Source: a virus. From it: DNA of 64,000 nucleotides. Shown here piece by piece: positions 19,547 through 28,728 of the stretch. The notes below the pieces were generated by a model. That model was not told where the DNA came from and ran no database searches. It saw nothing but the letters and a program-made list of their open reading frames with translations. How positions within the stretch are numbered: position 1 is the first letter of the stretch; every line of letters starts with the position of its first letter. Location: the IMG/VR virus record IMGVR_UViG_3300027749_000047, positions 71,954 to 135,953 of that record; one strand, 5' to 3'. A program made the translations under genes and the position numbers.

Positions 19547-19813
19547 CTACAGGCTTATTGTGTGTGTGTAGTCAAGACCTGCTTCTCGTAGCAAGTCGTT
19601 TGCGTATCTTTCGGCATCTGACCATGCGGTCTCTGTGTCAAAAGTTTTGATTTTTGTGATTTTTATTTCTTTAGGTTTACCAGTTGTTTTTACAATAGTG
19701 TACTTTCCAGCCACTCCTTCATTTGGCTCGTAGTAAACCTCAATTAGCATATCTCCAACTAATCTAGTTGCCGCTAATGTTCTCATCGGGTTGTTGTGTT
19801 CCTTCATATTCAC
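19547..19813 (-). CDS. Hypothetical protein
   Basis: ORF in a co-directional cluster; start uncertain. Confidence 0.55.
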   Translation of the reverse strand: MNMKEHNNPMRTLAATRLVGDMLIEVYYEPNEGVAGKYTIVKTTGKPKEIKITKIKTFDTETAWSDAERYANDLLREAGLDYTHTISL

Positions 19814-20117
19814 CTTCTGGGGTTAATAAAACCCACATTCTGTGGATAAGGTTAAGTGGTGTTGTGTGTGGCTCTTCCCATGAATGGACCATAAAACCAT
19901 TCGCGTAAGATTTTTTGGGATTTAGATGAACGCTGTTTGTGCCTAAGTTGTGGCATTCATGGTGTAATGCTACGGCGTTCTCGATGTTGTTTGTGCCTCC
20001 TTGTGAGCGGAGTTTGCGGTGATGAGCTGCCCAACTTTCTGGTAAATCACCACCGCAATACTCGCACATGCCTTTGCAGCGCTTGTAAAGCGCTTTTCGG
20101 TCAATACCTTTAGACAC
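19764..20117 (-). CDS. HNH endonuclease
   Basis: CEYCG..HHRKLRSQGG..N..ALHHECH. Confidence 0.85.
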   Translation of the reverse strand: MSKGIDRKALYKRCKGMCEYCGGDLPESWAAHHRKLRSQGGTNNIENAVALHHECHNLGTNSVHLNPKKSYANGFMVHSWEEPHTTPLNLIHRMWVLLTPEGEYEGTQQPDENISGN

Positions 20118-20454
20118 GCATACCGCTGTTTTTGTGGTCAGAATCGATAGCGTACGACATTGTTCTTGCCGCTTCTACATTGTTCTTAAGGATTGAAAGG
20201 TGCATTGATAGTGCTTTGGTGTTTGCTTCTGCAAGTTTGGCATACAAACGGTCATCGGCGCTTTCTAAAAATGCTTTGTTTTCTTTCTCAAAAACAGTTC
20301 CAGTTGCTGATAACCCTGCTTGAGACAGTTTTGTTCGATATTTTTGGTCAGCTAATACTTCTTCAACCAAAGCATCTTTGTAGTCTTGATATACCGCGGA
20401 CTGTTCTAAAGTTACTTGCTCTAGATCATGCACGATACTGGTTTGTCGTATCAC
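20110..20454 (-). CDS. Hypothetical helical protein
   Basis: ATGA coupling; coiled-coil composition. Confidence 0.65.
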   Translation of the reverse strand: MIRQTSIVHDLEQVTLEQSAVYQDYKDALVEEVLADQKYRTKLSQAGLSATGTVFEKENKAFLESADDRLYAKLAEANTKALSMHLSILKNNVEAARTMSYAIDSDHKNSGMRV

Positions 20455-20696
20455 TTCTTTTTTCCTAACTCTTTGGCTAGCTTAGCGATGATGGCCACAA
20501 GGTCGTCCACAATGTCTTCGTAGATAGAAGTTTTAGGGTCTTCTTGCGGGGTTGGCTTGTGAAAGTGCTCGTTTGCTTTGGCGTTACTATATGGTTTTTT
20601 TTCATTGTTATCGTGAAAAAACCAACTGGTGTCGCGCTTGCGTTCCTTTGGCACTTCGGGTAAGTTTGGTGGTGGAGTCGTGTTGTTCTCGTCCAT
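20451..20696 (-). CDS. Hypothetical protein
   Basis: RBS AAAGGAG. Confidence 0.65.
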   Translation of the reverse strand: MDENNTTPPPNLPEVPKERKRDTSWFFHDNNEKKPYSNAKANEHFHKPTPQEDPKTSIYEDIVDDLVAIIAKLAKELGKKK

Positions 20697-20731
20697 TGCG
20701 GTTCTTTCTCCTTTGTGTGTGTTGAGTGGAA

Positions 20732-20760
20732 GGCCCCCTAGTTCTCTAGGGGGTCTTTTA
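20732..20760. terminator. Hairpin terminator
   Basis: GGCCCCCTAG-TTCT-CTAGGGGGTC-TTTT. Confidence 0.6.
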
Positions 20761-20889
20761 CATTACTGCAGTTATCTTAATGTCTGAGCAATGATTTTCC
20801 AATTCTTGTTCGACTCTTTCAGAAGCCGTTTCAGGATCTGGAGCGTCAAGCGTTACTCGGACTATAGCCTCTACTTCATAAGTCGGCAT
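20758..20889 (-). CDS. Hypothetical 43-aa protein (not in the ORF track)
   Basis: RBS AAGGAG; MPTYEVEAIVRVTLDAPDPETASERVEQELENHCSDIKITAVM. Confidence 0.65.
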   Translation of the reverse strand: MPTYEVEAIVRVTLDAPDPETASERVEQELENHCSDIKITAVM

Positions 20890-20920
20890 TAATTTCTCCT
20901 TTTATTTCCTAGTGGTGTTC

Positions 20921-20948
20921 TTGACTTGACTTCCTTACTGTGTATGCT
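20921..20948 (+). promoter_or_regulatory. Putative SigA-type promoter
   Basis: TTGACT-16 nt-TATGCT upstream of the + cassette. Confidence 0.45.
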
Positions 20949-20977
20949 AGTAGTACACACTGACAGAAAGGTTACTG

Positions 20978-21202
20978 ATGGCACTCAGTCTTGACGTACC
21001 AGTTGTAAAGAAAGACAAAATCTGTTCTTTACAAAAACTTCGCAATAAATTAGATGTAGATGATCAAGCAATACTTGATAGCTGGATTGATGGAAAGGTA
21101 ACACCTTACCGCATCTACATGGCTCTTAAACGAGACGGACATGCTATCGGCAGACAAGTTGTCTACGAACATATGAATGGATGTTGTATCTGTGGCTCTT
21201 AA
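20978..21202 (+). CDS. Small putative DNA-binding protein
   Basis: RBS GAAAGG; ends in HxxxxCxC; this gene type precedes phage metallophosphoesterases. Confidence 0.6.
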   Translation: MALSLDVPVVKKDKICSLQKLRNKLDVDDQAILDSWIDGKVTPYRIYMALKRDGHAIGRQVVYEHMNGCCICGS

Positions 21203-22379
21203 AGATTTTGTTGAAATGGGCCCTGGCAGCCCTGACCCTCGTGGCAAACACCCAAACATTCCTAAAGGGTGGGAGCCACGTTTAGAGTATGACGAAGCGC
21301 AGGGTGGTTATCTTGTCACTAAACCCCGCGAGGTCAAACAAGACGACCCAAGTTCTTTAGAAATCTTTGACCAATTTAATGTGAATCCTGATAAATGGAA
21401 AATCACTAATTTGCGCAGATCTACATGGCAAACATTTAGTGGCGAATGGCTTGAATCTTTTAAAGCCACTTTTGTGCCGGTTACTCAGTTTAATGAGACA
21501 CTTAGACTAGATGCAGACCAGTTAATTGAGGAAGTTAAGCGTCACAAACCAAGTAAGCGCACAGCCCCCTCAGGAGACTTTACAGCCGTTTTTGCTGTGG
21601 GTGACACTCAGATAGGTAAAGTAGACGGCGGTGGCTCAGAGACCATTCTGAGGAACATGCTGACGCGTTTTGACGCCTCTAAAGACCGCCTGACTGATTA
21701 TCGCAAATTAGGTTACGGTATTGGCGAAGTAGTTGCTCCGTGGTTGGGTGACTGTATTGAGGGTAATCAAAGTCAAAGCGGGAATGCTGCAGCAGCTGGT
21801 CGTATAGATTTGACAATTACAGAACAATACCGTGTGCTACGTCGAACGATGATGTATCAGATTAAAGCCTTAGCGCCTATGGTTGAAAGGCTTATTATTC
21901 CTGTTATTCCAGGTAATCATGACGAAGCTGAGCGTAGGGGTGGGATTGTTCGGTCTTACACTGATTCTTGGGCTATCGAAGCTGGAGTTGCTGTAGCGGA
22001 TGCTTGTGCGGCAAATCCAGAGGTTTACGGAAATGTATCGTTTATCTTTCCTCAGCCTGATGAGTTAACTGTCACTATGCAAACTAGCAATACTATTCTT
22101 GCTATGGCACATGGACACCAGTTTGGTAGAGATCCAATTAAATGGTGGCAAGCACAGTCGCACGGACGTCAACCTGTAGGCGAAGCGCACATTCTGTTAG
22201 GCGCTCATCTTCACCATCATAAAATGCAGGATAGTGGCCAAGACCGTGTGTTTATCCAGGTCCCTGCGCTTGATGGCGGGTCTACTTGGTTCAGGCATAG
22301 GCAAGGTGAAAGCGCTAAAGCAGGTCTGCTAACATTTGTTACATCAAACGGCGCATGGCATGAAATGAGTATTTTGTAA
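21192..22379 (+). CDS. Calcineurin-like metallophosphoesterase (Mre11/SbcD-like nuclease)
   Basis: GDTQ, GDCIEG, PGNHDE, AHGH and GAHLHH motifs. Confidence 0.85.
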   Translation: MALKDFVEMGPGSPDPRGKHPNIPKGWEPRLEYDEAQGGYLVTKPREVKQDDPSSLEIFDQFNVNPDKWKITNLRRSTWQTFSGEWLESFKATFVPVTQFNETLRLDADQLIEEVKRHKPSKRTAPSGDFTAVFAVGDTQIGKVDGGGSETILRNMLTRFDASKDRLTDYRKLGYGIGEVVAPWLGDCIEGNQSQSGNAAAAGRIDLTITEQYRVLRRTMMYQIKALAPMVERLIIPVIPGNHDEAERRGGIVRSYTDSWAIEAGVAVADACAANPEVYGNVSFIFPQPDELTVTMQTSNTILAMAHGHQFGRDPIKWWQAQSHGRQPVGEAHILLGAHLHHHKMQDSGQDRVFIQVPALDGGSTWFRHRQGESAKAGLLTFVTSNGAWHEMSIL

Positions 22380-22636
22380 TGGACCAAACAATCCTTGACG
22401 AAGCATGGGAACTAGTTAATGGAGATCGTCAAAGCGACTATGGCAAAGCTAAAACTAACATGAGCAGAACAGCCAAAATTTGGTCAGGTATTTTAGACAT
22501 TGATGTGACACCTGAACAAGTGGCTTTATGTATGGCTGGTGTAAAACTTGCTCGTACACAACAGGCATACAAGCGTGACAATGTTGTCGATGCTGTTGGT
22601 TATCTGCTTGTTTACGACAATGTTATTAGGTCATGA
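22379..22636 (+). CDS. DUF6378-like protein
   Basis: NGDRQ.DYG..N..RTA.IWS.IL..VTPEQVALCM..VKLAR..DN.VDAVGY. Confidence 0.75.
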   Translation: MDQTILDEAWELVNGDRQSDYGKAKTNMSRTAKIWSGILDIDVTPEQVALCMAGVKLARTQQAYKRDNVVDAVGYLLVYDNVIRS

Positions 22637-22839
22637 GACGCCAAATTGTCATCAAACTTTTTGGTGATGAGATTGTCAATATTCTCATTGACGAAAGTGA
22701 TGATGATGTTTTAGAAGAAACAGAAGATTCTGCGGAGCATTTGGGATCTGTAGGTTCAGCAGATGTTTCTATCTCCGGGAAGAGTTCTGTTGGTTTTGGG
22801 TCTCCGTGGTCTGTGGAGTATTGGTCTGAAGAAGATTAA
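22633..22839 (+). CDS. Small acidic hypothetical protein
   Basis: ATGA coupling. Confidence 0.55.
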   Translation: MRRQIVIKLFGDEIVNILIDESDDDVLEETEDSAEHLGSVGSADVSISGKSSVGFGSPWSVEYWSEED

Positions 22840-22999
22840 CTCTGTGCTCTACCCATTCAACTTTTTGCACATCATAATCGTCATTAATGTTGTCGGATTT
22901 CCAACCACATCTACAACCCGCTGATTTCAGCACTGTTAAAACACCATTTATTGGTTTAATTTGTATTGCTTGGTCGTAACGGCACTTTTTGTTAGCCAT
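22769..22999 (-). CDS. Hypothetical protein (CRCGW motif)
   Basis: TAATG coupling to 22999-23703. Confidence 0.5.
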   Translation of the reverse strand: MANKKCRYDQAIQIKPINGVLTVLKSAGCRCGWKSDNINDDYDVQKVEWVEHRVNLLQTNTPQTTETQNQQNSSRR

Positions 23000-23703
23000 T
23001 ATGCCGCTTCGTAGATTCCACTAAAAACAATAAGGTCACTTGTGTTACGTGTGTAGATAGCGCTTGTGATACCAGCGCGGTTAGCGTAAATAATTGATGG
23101 TGAAGCAGTTGTTGTAATGCTTAACAGCTGAGGAATAAATGTTGTTGTGCTGTTTGGCGAAATGATAAGGGCAGCAGTTGATGCTGTGCCTGTAAGTTGT
23201 GCTCTGCCTGTGCCTGACCAGTTGGTATCTAATGCTGTTACCGGAAGACTGAGCACAAGAGACGTACTGCCGATAGTTGCTGTGGCTAGTGACCAACTAC
23301 CTTTGAAATAGACTGTTTTGCCTATTTGTTTCCATTGTCCTACTGGGACAGTGGCGCCTGTGGCCCAACTAGTACCTGTGACAGTTGGGTTGTAAGTTGT
23401 CCAAGCCGTGCGATCTACAGCCAAAGTAGAGCCAGATACACCGCCGATAGTTGACGTCGAATCAATCGTTCCGGTTATGTTAGTGGCTGTTAGTTGTGCA
23501 AGATTTAATGACGCTGTTGCAGAGTTGTAATCCGCTAAGGTATCAACTTGTAGTGGCGCTGCTACCCATTTGTTGTCTAGGTAAACAATGGTGTCATTAA
23601 GGTTCGGGCTTCCAGCGCTGATGTCGGTAATGTCGTTCAGTTCATGGACATGCCCTGTTGCCGAGGATGTTGATGTTACTTTTCCTTGGTTTACTAAATC
23701 CAT
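22999..23703 (-). CDS. Fibre-like virion protein
   Basis: HVHELNDITD..WT.YNPT..GQWKQIGKTVYF..LSLPV receptor-binding-type motifs. Confidence 0.65.
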   Translation of the reverse strand: MDLVNQGKVTSTSSATGHVHELNDITDISAGSPNLNDTIVYLDNKWVAAPLQVDTLADYNSATASLNLAQLTATNITGTIDSTSTIGGVSGSTLAVDRTAWTTYNPTVTGTSWATGATVPVGQWKQIGKTVYFKGSWSLATATIGSTSLVLSLPVTALDTNWSGTGRAQLTGTASTAALIISPNSTTTFIPQLLSITTTASPSIIYANRAGITSAIYTRNTSDLIVFSGIYEAA

Positions 23704-25250
23704 TAGGTAACTGTTACTTTCATTTGCCCATTAATGTTTGTTAATCCAGAAGTTAAATCACGGTCTAATCTCATGTATCCAGTACTAGAGTTGGAATAAT
23801 CATACATTTGTCCGCCAATTGTTATGCCTTTGTATGTACCTGCTTTTAGTAGCGCTACCCATTCGGATGGAATCGTTATCCATCCTGACTTTCCTTTTGT
23901 TAGCGGCACAGTAGTAAAGCGGTACCATCCTGATTTGTCTGCGGGTTTTGATGTGGCATAGTCAGTTGTGCTATTAACTGTGTTTGCAGAGGAATAAGTG
24001 GTGTACTTATGCAATGTCATTGTTACATAAGTTGTTGTTGGGCCTGGACTTACAGAACTTCGCTTAAAATATATTGCAATGTTTGACCATGTAGCGCTTG
24101 GCACATTAGCAAAAGCATTAGAGCCATAATAAAAGAACGTGTAATAAGTTCCTGCAAGGTCTGAATAAGAGTATCCGTTGCCGTGGTAATAGTTATTTGA
24201 TGTTCCTAACCAAGCTGGGGTAGCATACAAACCGCCATCAACCCATGTATAGGCTTGTTTAGGGTTAACATAATAATCACCGTTAACGTAATTATCTGTA
24301 GTAAATGTAGTTGCTAGTCCTGTTGGTGAGTTATCAGGACCTACCTTTGCTTGCAAAGCAATCGTGTATGTTGAACCTTTTGTTAAGCCTGTTATTGTGG
24401 CACCTGACGCTACCGAGCTACCACCTGTAAATGCTACGCCTGTATTAAAATCAACGATGTCAAAAGATGTTGCGCCAGAGTATGTTCCTGTCCAAGTTAC
24501 AACAGCACTAACATCTGTAATACCAGTAGACGACACTGTTGGGGCAAATGTTGGTGCAGGTAGCTGGTCAAAATTTACTGTGATTGGTTGCGTTACTGAT
24601 CCTGTGCTTATGGTGTTTGTTGTCGCATTGTAAATCGGGCCAAAAGCATTTAGCTTAAAGTCAATTGGTGTCTGTGCTGTTGGTGAAGTGTAAGTGACTG
24701 TTTGCGTGCCAACTGGGCTGTTTCCACTAGCTATTGTTGTGTTGGTATCTGTGTTAAAAATAGTCCAACTTGTAGCGTTTGGTACGTTAAAAGTAAACGT
24801 TACTGTGTTGTACGAAGGTGTACTTAAAGTGTAAGTAAAAGTATCTACGTACACTGTTGTAGGGTAAACCTGCACCCATCGTGAAGTAGGAGTAGTAAAA
24901 ATAATTTCGCCTTGTGTTGTTGCTGTGGCAGCAAAAGCAGTTCCTGTTGGTGTTGCAGTAAATGATGTAGAGCTAGTAACTGTAGCTACGGTATATGTGG
25001 TGTTGATGGTGGACGGTGAAGCGCCTACTACTGTAACCAAATCACCTACTACAAATGAATGTCCTGTTACTGTAAATGTGGCTTTATTGGGTGAACTTGT
25101 AACAACAATGGCTGTCGTTTTTGCTTTGTTTAAGTTACGCCATGCTTTTTGTGCCGGAACATATTTACCATTTTCGTCATAAACAGATAGACGCTTAGCA
25201 ACGTTAAATGTGTGCTGTGCGCTATTTGCCGATGTATTTGGTGTAGTCAT
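23703..25250 (-). CDS. Virion protein with FN3-like domain and inserted beta module
   Basis: ATG at 25250 coupled to the preceding TAA; FN3-like ITGLTKGSTYTIALQA; GHSFVVGDLVTV module. Confidence 0.6.
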   Translation of the reverse strand: MTTPNTSANSAQHTFNVAKRLSVYDENGKYVPAQKAWRNLNKAKTTAIVVTSSPNKATFTVTGHSFVVGDLVTVVGASPSTINTTYTVATVTSSTSFTATPTGTAFAATATTQGEIIFTTPTSRWVQVYPTTVYVDTFTYTLSTPSYNTVTFTFNVPNATSWTIFNTDTNTTIASGNSPVGTQTVTYTSPTAQTPIDFKLNAFGPIYNATTNTISTGSVTQPITVNFDQLPAPTFAPTVSSTGITDVSAVVTWTGTYSGATSFDIVDFNTGVAFTGGSSVASGATITGLTKGSTYTIALQAKVGPDNSPTGLATTFTTDNYVNGDYYVNPKQAYTWVDGGLYATPAWLGTSNNYYHGNGYSYSDLAGTYYTFFYYGSNAFANVPSATWSNIAIYFKRSSVSPGPTTTYVTMTLHKYTTYSSANTVNSTTDYATSKPADKSGWYRFTTVPLTKGKSGWITIPSEWVALLKAGTYKGITIGGQMYDYSNSSTGYMRLDRDLTSGLTNINGQMKVTVT

Positions 25251-26161
25251 TAGTATTGAACCCACATAGATCCGTATGGATAAGTACCTGTAGTTGGGGC
25301 TGCCGAACTAGAAATATTTACCGTTGACAATACTGATGTGGTACCGGTTGTTCCGTCCCACAAATACACATACATAGTATTTGTATCTTGTTGTAGGTAA
25401 ATTGTTCCGTTAGTGATTGCACCGCCTGTGTTTGTGCTTGTGTAAAAAGCGGCAGAAGCAGCAGCAGCGTTAGCATAAGACTGAACGCCTGAAGAACCCT
25501 TTACACCCGCAAGGCTTACTTTCCAAGAAGCATAAGTTCCAGTGCCACCCCATGTGTCAACATTTACTGTGACATTTAATGAAGATACAGCAGTAATGAT
25601 TCCTTCAACAAAGTTAACTGGTGCTGTAGGGTATGCAAGGCGCACACGGTTTCCTACTGCATAAGCTCCAATAGCGCTAAAAGCAAAAACTTGGTTACCT
25701 GTTGATGTTGGGATTGCGTATGAAGTAGTTGATGTAATACCATCGTATCCAGCACCAGTAGGACCTGTTGAGCCGCCACCAAAACTACCTTGAAGTGCCC
25801 AAGAGCCAGATACCTTTAGATAAATATTTTTGTTGGTGTAGTCCATGTAAACATCACCGTTGTTACTGGACGTTGGTGCTGGAGGTGATGATGTTGGTGC
25901 ACCTGATCCTACATAAACCGATGTTCCAGTAGCACCAGTATTACCTTGCGGAATACTAAAGTTAAAAACAGCAGCTGATGAAGTTCCTGCGTTAGTTACA
26001 GTTGCGCTTGAGCCTGCGCTACCAGTTGTCACTGTTCCTACTGCAATAGTTGCTGCTGATCCCGCACTACCTGCTGCGCCTGTTGGCCCTACTCCACGTA
26101 AAACACCTGTTCGGACTTGTACTGTTCCGCCAGAGGTTAGACGGACTGTGTTGTTGCTCAT
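25250..26161 (-). CDS. Collagen-like virion protein
   Basis: G-X-Y runs; FNFSIPQG and GDVYMD motifs. Confidence 0.65.
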   Translation of the reverse strand: MSNNTVRLTSGGTVQVRTGVLRGVGPTGAAGSAGSAATIAVGTVTTGSAGSSATVTNAGTSSAAVFNFSIPQGNTGATGTSVYVGSGAPTSSPPAPTSSNNGDVYMDYTNKNIYLKVSGSWALQGSFGGGSTGPTGAGYDGITSTTSYAIPTSTGNQVFAFSAIGAYAVGNRVRLAYPTAPVNFVEGIITAVSSLNVTVNVDTWGGTGTYASWKVSLAGVKGSSGVQSYANAAAASAAFYTSTNTGGAITNGTIYLQQDTNTMYVYLWDGTTGTTSVLSTVNISSSAAPTTGTYPYGSMWVQY

Positions 26162-26772
26162 ACGCTCTCCATAATTGTTGTTCGGCTATTTACGGTAAAG
26201 AAGCCTGATACTAACTTTACTTGAGGATTAGCAATAGGTGAAGTTACCCCATCAACAGTCGCATAAATATCTATTGAAAACTGTCCAGGCGTAAGGCTTT
26301 TTGTGACTGATTTTGGTGCACTTAGTTGAATGATGCCTTCTGACCCGGCAATAATAATTGATGCTTGAGTAGATGGCGTGTTAGACGATTTGAAAGAAAT
26401 TATTGTGTTTCCTGAAGCATCTTTAACATCTGCTCGGCAACTTTCAAATGTTGCTGAACCATAAGGTGATACAGGCGCAGCGTTTGCGTTTGCTATTTTA
26501 AATACAGTTGATGAAGTAACGGCTGTAACAGGAAAAATACCGTTATTAACACTTTGGCTAAAACCTGTCAGTGTTGCGTAGTCACCAACACTAAAGGAAT
26601 GACCAGGTGTAGTAAGTGTTGCTATCCCACCTGAATAAGATAATGACGACACTGTTACGGTTGAAGAAGCACGAATTGGCATTACTGTTCCGTCGCTGTC
26701 ACTCCACAGCAACTGACAGGCAAAGTCCTCGCCGATATCTAAACTAATATCGACATAATCTTGAGTGGCCAT
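26158..26772 (-). CDS. Homolog of 8536-8883 with an inserted beta module
   Basis: DIGEDF..W....CRADVK..IQL..T.SL..G..DI..KLVSG.FTV scaffold interrupted by GHSFSVGD..NNGIFPVT. Confidence 0.6.
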   Translation of the reverse strand: MATQDYVDISLDIGEDFACQLLWSDSDGTVMPIRASSTVTVSSLSYSGGIATLTTPGHSFSVGDYATLTGFSQSVNNGIFPVTAVTSSTVFKIANANAAPVSPYGSATFESCRADVKDASGNTIISFKSSNTPSTQASIIIAGSEGIIQLSAPKSVTKSLTPGQFSIDIYATVDGVTSPIANPQVKLVSGFFTVNSRTTIMESV

Positions 26773-27272
26773 TAATAATCTCCTTGATCAGTAATTACTG
26801 GCAGTTCAGCAACACGACGTAGAGCAGCAACATATTCTTCAGATGTACCAGCAACAACGATAGTGTTATTAGTTATTGTACTAGTAGGCATGTTATCAAG
26901 ACCCAATACTTTAGCACGCGCTTGAATAATCTTTAATGCTGTTTCTACGGCTTGCCTGTCACCATTAATGGCGTCTTGCCATACAGCGCTTTGCAACTCA
27001 TCAAGCCGGTCCACTTCCATAGCCAGTAAAGACCTTTTGTGGCCAGCGTCTACTAAGTCTGCGGCTTCTTTTAAAGCATCAGAAATCAAAGTGTTTACGT
27101 TTCGCTCTGAAATTCCTAGGTGTTCTGCTATTGACCATAAAGAGCGACCTGATCTGCGCATTTCTAGTGCTTTTCTGGCTTTTTCGTTGCGTTCGTCTTG
27201 TAAAAGCGCCGCTGAAGTAACTTTTTTGGTTCTAGCTATTTCTTTAGTAACAGCCGCTTTTTTTACCGTCAT
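26772..27272 (-). CDS. Putative terminase small subunit (HTH)
   Basis: ALEMRRSG.S..SIAEHLGIS..RLDELQ..W..A..GD..AVE..LKI..RAKVLGLD, a pattern seen in actinophage terS-like proteins. Confidence 0.55.
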   Translation of the reverse strand: MTVKKAAVTKEIARTKKVTSAALLQDERNEKARKALEMRRSGRSLWSIAEHLGISERNVNTLISDALKEAADLVDAGHKRSLLAMEVDRLDELQSAVWQDAINGDRQAVETALKIIQARAKVLGLDNMPTSTITNNTIVVAGTSEEYVAALRRVAELPVITDQGDY

Positions 27273-27706
27273 TTCTTTCTCCTTCTAGGAGCTACAAAAG
27301 CTTTGTCGTCATAATCATCCATGGTTTTTTGCACGTTACCTTTATTGCGTGCTAAAGCCGCTCTTCGTTCAAAACTTGTAAAACCGCCCCATACACCAAA
27401 AGGCTCTTGTTTTTTTAAGGCTGTAATTAAACAGTCACGCTGAACATCACATAGTTTGCAAATAGATTTAGCATAATTTATTTGCTGTGAAGACATTGGC
27501 AAATCGGAGTGTCCATAAAATATTTCTGATGGCATTCCAAAGCAATAAGAATCGTCACGCCAATCTCTGCGTGCCGTATAGCGCCAAGCAAGTGGCGTCG
27601 ATGGCGTCTTGAGGTTTTTTGAGTTGCTGGCAGGCGTCGTAATAATTGGGGTGTTTGGAAGCAAGCCATCTTGCGACAGCTTCTTTGTCCGATCTTCCAT
27701 TACCAA
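27269..27706 (-). CDS. whiB: WhiB family transcription factor
   Basis: Four Cys (C..IFY..C..C.V...C) and GVWGGFTSFERR; start uncertain. Confidence 0.9.
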   Translation of the reverse strand: MVMEDRTKKLSQDGLLPNTPIITTPASNSKNLKTPSTPLAWRYTARRDWRDDSYCFGMPSEIFYGHSDLPMSSQQINYAKSICKLCDVQRDCLITALKKQEPFGVWGGFTSFERRAALARNKGNVQKTMDDYDDKAFVAPRRRKK

Positions 27707-28022
27707 CTACCGCCTTTTTCCATGATGAAGGTCCAATAAATATTACCTCTGATTCTACTCGCTGTGCTGCCACAGCCAAAGCACCGGCTACCATACCCAT
27801 AGATATGCCCGTACGGATGTTGTGGCTAGCGCCCTGAATTGCTTGTTCAATAACAGTCAATTCAGGGCACGTAGCCCACATTAGGTTGGTTAACCAATCA
27901 GACAGGATTAATAGGTTTTTGACGTCATCTTTGCTGGTCAAAATGAGTTCTTCAAAAACCATGTGGCTAGGGTGTGCGAACGCAATTCGTCTTACACCAT
28001 AGTCAACTCCTGCTGCATCCAT
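27555..28022 (-). CDS. ruvC: RuvC-like Holliday junction resolvase
   Basis: GVDYG, VIEQ, PSSWKKAVVGNGRSDKEAV and DAIDA motifs. Confidence 0.85.
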   Translation of the reverse strand: MDAAGVDYGVRRIAFAHPSHMVFEELILTSKDDVKNLLILSDWLTNLMWATCPELTVIEQAIQGASHNIRTGISMGMVAGALAVAAQRVESEVIFIGPSSWKKAVVGNGRSDKEAVARWLASKHPNYYDACQQLKKPQDAIDATCLALYGTQRLA

Positions 28023-28031
28023 GTATCATTT

Positions 28032-28112
28032 CTACCAGTTTTGTCGCTGAATGTACAACATGACACACAATAAGCCACTAAAGGCTATCAGTAGCATAAT
28101 GTCTTTAATCAT
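28032..28112 (-). CDS. 26-aa single-TM peptide (not in the ORF track)
   Basis: ATGA coupling; MIKDIMLLIAFSGLLCVMLYIQRQNW. Confidence 0.45.
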   Translation of the reverse strand: MIKDIMLLIAFSGLLCVMLYIQRQNW

Positions 28113-28312
28113 CGCTTTTCTCCGTCTGCTGGTGGCCCCCAAGACGACCAAGGGTTTGGGCGCCAAGCAACACGACAAATCTTGTTATCAAACATGGTGA
28201 TAAGTAGTTCGCCGCCTTCTGGCACGGGTATTTGGTCATTTTCATCTAGGTTTACTACAAATGTAGAAACAACCTCTTCGTTAATCATCTTTTGTAGCCT
28301 CTCATCTAACAT
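28109..28312 (-). CDS. Hypothetical protein
   Basis: Co-directional small ORF in the operon. Confidence 0.6.
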   Translation of the reverse strand: MLDERLQKMINEEVVSTFVVNLDENDQIPVPEGGELLITMFDNKICRVAWRPNPWSSWGPPADGEKR

Positions 28313-28523
28313 CAGTTGATTCTCCTAACTCACTTACTTGGGTTAACGCATCGCGATATCCCATGGCTATTACAGTGGCTATTTTTAGCCCATTTAATGT
28401 TCCGCCATAGTATTCACCTACATATGGCCCTGTTTCTTCAATGTAATCGCTAATTTCTTGAGCAATTTTTTGACGAAACTGTTCTTCACTCATCGTCTCT
28501 TGAGTCATCATTATCCATTTCAT
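28302..28523 (-). CDS. Hypothetical protein
   Basis: Co-directional small ORF in the operon. Confidence 0.6.
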   Translation of the reverse strand: MKWIMMTQETMSEEQFRQKIAQEISDYIEETGPYVGEYYGGTLNGLKIATVIAMGYRDALTQVSELGESTDVR

Positions 28524-28728
28524 CTTCAGAAAATTCGGCGTTGCATTCCCAGCAATTTATGGGCAGTGCGCGGCCTTTTGAGTGGTGTCGTCGACAGTTA
28601 GCGTTTGCTTCATCGTCGATTATGATTTCTTGCTGATACTGAGAAGTTGTATTTACCGTTATGGTAATACTTTCGGGTTTGTTTGTTGATGTGCTCACGC
28701 TAACTCTTTCCATTGTGCTGTTGGGCAA
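28486..28728 (-). CDS. Hypothetical protein
   Basis: CRRHH..CWEC; start uncertain. Confidence 0.5.
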   Translation of the reverse strand: MPNSTMERVSVSTSTNKPESITITVNTTSQYQQEIIIDDEANANCRRHHSKGRALPINCWECNAEFSEDEMDNDDSRDDE

